From Blastocatellia bacterium (GTDB taxonomy: Bacteria; Acidobacteriota; Blastocatellia; UBA7656): DNA of 64,000 nt. Position 1 is the stretch's first letter; each line of letters begins with the position of its first letter. The translations under genes were made by a program, and so were the position numbers. The notes under the pieces are model-generated. The model was not told the DNA's origin, did no database searches, and saw nothing but the letters and a program-made list of their open reading frames with translations. The stretch is taken from NCBI GenBank assembly GCA_963765495.1, contig CAVXWP010000009.1, positions 480,001 through 544,000 of the forward strand. Direction: 5' to 3'. This document shows positions 60,985 to 64,000 of this stretch, piece by piece.

Positions 60985-62088
60985 TTAGTCGAAAGTTCTC
61001 TCTCTTTTGTAAAAGGGCGTCTGTACGATGCGAGCCGCCACCAGCCGTCCGCGCACGATTACGGAAAACTCCGTGCCCACAGCCGCGTGCTCGACGGGCA
61101 GATAGACAAGACCTATGTTCTTCTTCAGGAACGGCGCGGGGCTGCCCGATGCAACCTGGCCGATCTCGCGTCCGTCCACAACGACCGCGTAACCGTCTCT
61201 TACGGGCACTCTGTCGAGCACCTCAAAACCCACGAGTTTGCGTTTTAGTCCCTCTTTTTTTTGCCGCTCAAGCGTCTCGCGTCCGGGAAAACGATTTTGC
61301 TTGCTGAGCTTTACCACCCAGCCAAGCCCCGCTTCAAGCGGGGTTGTAGTCTCGTCCATATCATTGCCGTAGAGCCTGTAGGCGGCTTCGAGTCTGAGCG
61401 TATTGCGCGCGGCCAACCCGCACGGAACAAGCCCCCGGTCGCGGCCCGTGATAAGCAATCGATTCCACAGATGAAGCGCGTGATCCGGGGGAACGAATAT
61501 TTCGAATCCGTCTTCGCCCGTGTAGCCGGTTCGCGACACGCGACAATCAATGCCGTCCACCTTCAGTCGCTGCGACCAGTAATACGGTATGCGGTCGAGC
61601 ATGTGATCGGTAAGATTCTGAAGTATTCGCTCGGCGCGAGGCCCCTGCAAGGCCAGCAACGCATAAGCGAAACTTGTGTCGTGAACCTCTGCCTTATAGG
61701 GCTCCGCGTGCCGCTTTATCCACGCGAAATCTTTTTCCGTGGTCCCCGCGTTGACCACCAGCAGAAAGTATTCGGCGTTTAGGCGATAGACCAGCAGATC
61801 ATCAATGACGCCCCCCTGATCGTTTGTCATCGTAGAGTATTGAACCTGATTGTCCTGGAGCCCCGAGACATCATTTGTTGTGATGCTCTGGACCAGATCG
61901 AGCGCATCGTGGCCTACGATTTCGACCTCGCCCATGTGTGAAACATCGAACAATCCGGCCGCCTCTCGCACAGCCATGTGCTCAGGGGCAGGGCCGGCAT
62001 ACTGGACCGGCATCTCCCATCCCGCATAATCGACCATTCGAGCGCCTATCGCGACGTGCGCGTCATATAGGGGGGTGCGCTTCAACAT
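60985..62088 (-). CDS. gcvT: Aminomethyltransferase (glycine cleavage T protein)
   Basis: LKRTPLY, GWEMPVQY, FDVSHMGE, SRTGYTGEDGFE and ARNTLRLEA. Confidence 0.95.
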   Translation of the reverse strand: MLKRTPLYDAHVAIGARMVDYAGWEMPVQYAGPAPEHMAVREAAGLFDVSHMGEVEIVGHDALDLVQSITTNDVSGLQDNQVQYSTMTNDQGGVIDDLLVYRLNAEYFLLVVNAGTTEKDFAWIKRHAEPYKAEVHDTSFAYALLALQGPRAERILQNLTDHMLDRIPYYWSQRLKVDGIDCRVSRTGYTGEDGFEIFVPPDHALHLWNRLLITGRDRGLVPCGLAARNTLRLEAAYRLYGNDMDETTTPLEAGLGWVVKLSKQNRFPGRETLERQKKEGLKRKLVGFEVLDRVPVRDGYAVVVDGREIGQVASGSPAPFLKKNIGLVYLPVEHAAVGTEFSVIVRGRLVAARIVQTPFYKRERTFD

Positions 62089-62223
62089 AAGTAATTCCTG
62101 TATCTCTTCAATGATGAACTGCTCTCTACTCTGCAATATCGAGATTAACTACCCGAAAGCGAACTGGCAAGCTAACACAGGCATTTTTGCGGCGTCAAGA
62201 CTTCACCGGGCAAGGTTAGCGGT

Positions 62224-62404
62224 GCGTAATGCGTGATTCGTGATTCGTGAAAAGATTTAGTACATTGGAAATCGAGTTTTTTGAGAAAAGATTTGTGCCG
62301 AATTGCCAGCAGGGCTGTTTGATTCCAATATATTTAGACAGGATTTACATGATTTTATAAAGACGAGTGGAAATCCTGTCTAAAATCCCGGTTCTTCATC
62401 ACGC
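62224..62404. repeat. Degenerate (GTGATTC)n element with a nested 14-bp inverted repeat
   Basis: gcgtaatgcgtgattcgtgattcgtga...catcacgca, enclosing TTTAGACAGGATTT (62333-62346) and AAATCCTGTCTAAA (62371-62384). Confidence 0.65.
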
Positions 62405-62512
62405 ATCTGAACAGATTCTTTGGAAACGGGCTGGCTGCCTTGCCTTGCATACGAGCTATCGTTATGTGAAACTTTCCGGCTTACGAGCAAACATCTGTCG
62501 GATTGATTTGCG

Positions 62513-63538
62513 ATGCATAACCTCGGACAGTTAGCGGGAATCATAAAAGCCGACTTGATAGGCGATCCTCAAGCCATCGTGCGGAGGGCCAGAGCATTCG
62601 AGATGGCCGAAGAGGGCGATGTCACGCTCGCTTCAAATGCCCGCTATCTTCGCCTTATGGCCGATTGCCCGGCCACGGCCATCATAGTCGCTTCTCCGAT
62701 TGCCGGATCAAATCATAACCTGCTCGTAGCCGCAAAACCCAAACTGGCATTTGCCCGCGCCATCGAGGCGCTCCACGCCAGAGCCTATCAACCAACCGGC
62801 GTGAGCGAAGACCTGATAAAGGGCGCGGGTACGGCTCTCGGAGACGCCCTGTCAATCCACCCGCGAGTCACAATCGGGCGCGACTCGATCATAGAAGACC
62901 GCGTAACGCTCCACCCGGGCGTGGTCATAGGGGATCGCTGTCGCATAGGCGCGGATACGGTTCTCTTCGCAAACGTCGCGGTCTATGACGATTGCGAAAT
63001 CGGCAGCCGGGTAATTATTCACGCCGGAACCGTGATCGGCGCTGACGGGTTCGGGTTTGTGCCGGATGAGGAAGGTCGACAGGTCAAGCTGCTTCAGCTT
63101 GGCCGGGTTATCATCGATAATGATTGCGAAATCGGAGCCAATTGCGCCATTGATCGCGGAGGCTCAACCGATACGATTCTAAGTCGAGGCGTAAAGCTGG
63201 ACAATTTCATACAGGTGGGCCACGGCACACAGATAGGCGAAAACACCGTCATAGCCGCGCTCACAGGTTTTTCCGGCGGCACAATAATTGGACGCAACTG
63301 CGTTATAGCAGGCCAGGTCGGAACCGTTCAGCATATCACCATAGGCGATAATGCTACGATCACAGGAAAAGCCGTTTTGACCAAAAACGTGCGACCGGGC
63401 GCGATAATGGGCGGCATGATACCGGCTCAGGACTACAATGCATGGCGGCGATCGCACGTGTTATACTCACGACTGCCTGAACTGGCAAACCGCTTGAAGC
63501 AACTGGAAAAGATCGTTCTTAAAAAGAGTGAAGAGTAA
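62513..63538 (+). CDS. lpxD: UDP-3-O-acylglucosamine N-acyltransferase
   Basis: Hexapeptide repeats, IGADGFGF, EIGANCAIDRG and KLDNFIQVGH. Confidence 0.93.
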   Translation: MHNLGQLAGIIKADLIGDPQAIVRRARAFEMAEEGDVTLASNARYLRLMADCPATAIIVASPIAGSNHNLLVAAKPKLAFARAIEALHARAYQPTGVSEDLIKGAGTALGDALSIHPRVTIGRDSIIEDRVTLHPGVVIGDRCRIGADTVLFANVAVYDDCEIGSRVIIHAGTVIGADGFGFVPDEEGRQVKLLQLGRVIIDNDCEIGANCAIDRGGSTDTILSRGVKLDNFIQVGHGTQIGENTVIAALTGFSGGTIIGRNCVIAGQVGTVQHITIGDNATITGKAVLTKNVRPGAIMGGMIPAQDYNAWRRSHVLYSRLPELANRLKQLEKIVLKKSEE

Positions 63539-63665
63539 TCGTGATACGTGATGCGTGAAGAGTGATGCGTGATGCGTGACTTTCAGGCAGATCGCCCGTT
63601 AAAGAGAATTTGCAAGACGGGTAAATCACGAATCACTCTTCACGCTATCACGCGAGCGTATCACG
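63538..63665. repeat. Hairpin element with (GTGATGC)n/(AATCACG)n arms
   Basis: cgtgatacgtgatgcgtgaagagtgatgcgtgatgcgtga...aatcacgaatcactcttcacgctatcacg. Confidence 0.85.
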
Positions 63666-63675
63666 TAAGGGGGTT

Positions 63676-64000
63676 ATGGAGACACTACTTGACATAACGC
63701 AGATTCAGGCGATCCTGCCGCATCGCTATCCGTTCCTGCTCGTAGATCGCATCATCGAGTACGAGATGAACAAGCGCGTAGTCGGGATAAAAAACGTGAC
63801 CATAAACGAACCGTTCTTTGCGGGTCATTTTCCGGGAGCGCCCGTCATGCCGGGGGTTCTCATTGTGGAAGCGATGGCGCAGACGGCGGGCGTGATGATG
63901 CTTGCAAGTCTGCCCGACCGTCAATCGAAACTTGTCTTTTTCACCGGGATTGACGGCGCGAAATTCAGAAGACCGGTCGTGCCCGGCGATCAACTCAGGC
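63676..64000 (+). CDS. fabZ: 3-hydroxyacyl-ACP dehydratase, 3'-truncated by the window edge
   Basis: [25 protein letters not shown]...[31 protein letters not shown]. Confidence 0.95.
   Translation, partial: METLLDITQIQAILPHRYPFLLVDRIIEYEMNKRVVGIKNVTINEPFFAGHFPGAPVMPGVLIVEAMAQTAGVMMLASLPDRQSKLVFFTGIDGAKFRRPVVPGDQLR

Noticed and set aside
62089-62225. Glycine riboswitch upstream of gcvT
   Set aside because: The conserved GGAGA/CCGAAG/CTCTCAGG elements are absent, and a TTGACG-18-TAGCTT promoter-like sequence leaves only a short leader.
5295-63665. Repeat arrays as a CRISPR array
   Set aside because: Units are 7-8 bp tandems without unique spacers, and no cas genes are present.

Overview
Bacterial chromosomal window of moderately high GC. 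The gene families (VWFA-related protein, pilins, Hfq-like protein) suggest Acidobacteriota, possibly Blastocatellia, but this is inferred. Core genes are pyk, holB, ftsB-like, pdxA, gcvT-H-PA-PB, lpxD and fabZ. Five accessory signals stand out. (1) A type IV pilin island (35.2-47.0 kb) in which three pilin genes enclose a mycobacterial-type prenyl-phospho-arabinofuranose pathway (HAD-UbiA, DprE1-like, DprE2-like) and three GT-C glycosyltransferases, two of them TMTC-like: a candidate pilin arabinosylation system. (2) A lipoprotein with a DUF1573 Ig-like domain whose SCGCT motif is encoded as S-TGA-G-C-T, with the frame continuing and two hairpins downstream: a candidate selenoprotein that the ORF track truncates. 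(3) A cytochrome b / Mo-oxidoreductase / 4Fe-4S / Rieske / NarK / hemerythrin operon that shares an identically spaced Crp/Fnr-type class II promoter with ric. (4) Two small ORFs missing from the track, a metallothionein and YacG. (5) About eleven intergenic hairpin elements, most built from inverted arrays of 7-8 bp tandem repeats, often docked at stop codons and with family-conserved spacers. No rRNA, tRNA, CRISPR array or transposase was recognised. All family calls come from motif recognition by eye, not database searches.
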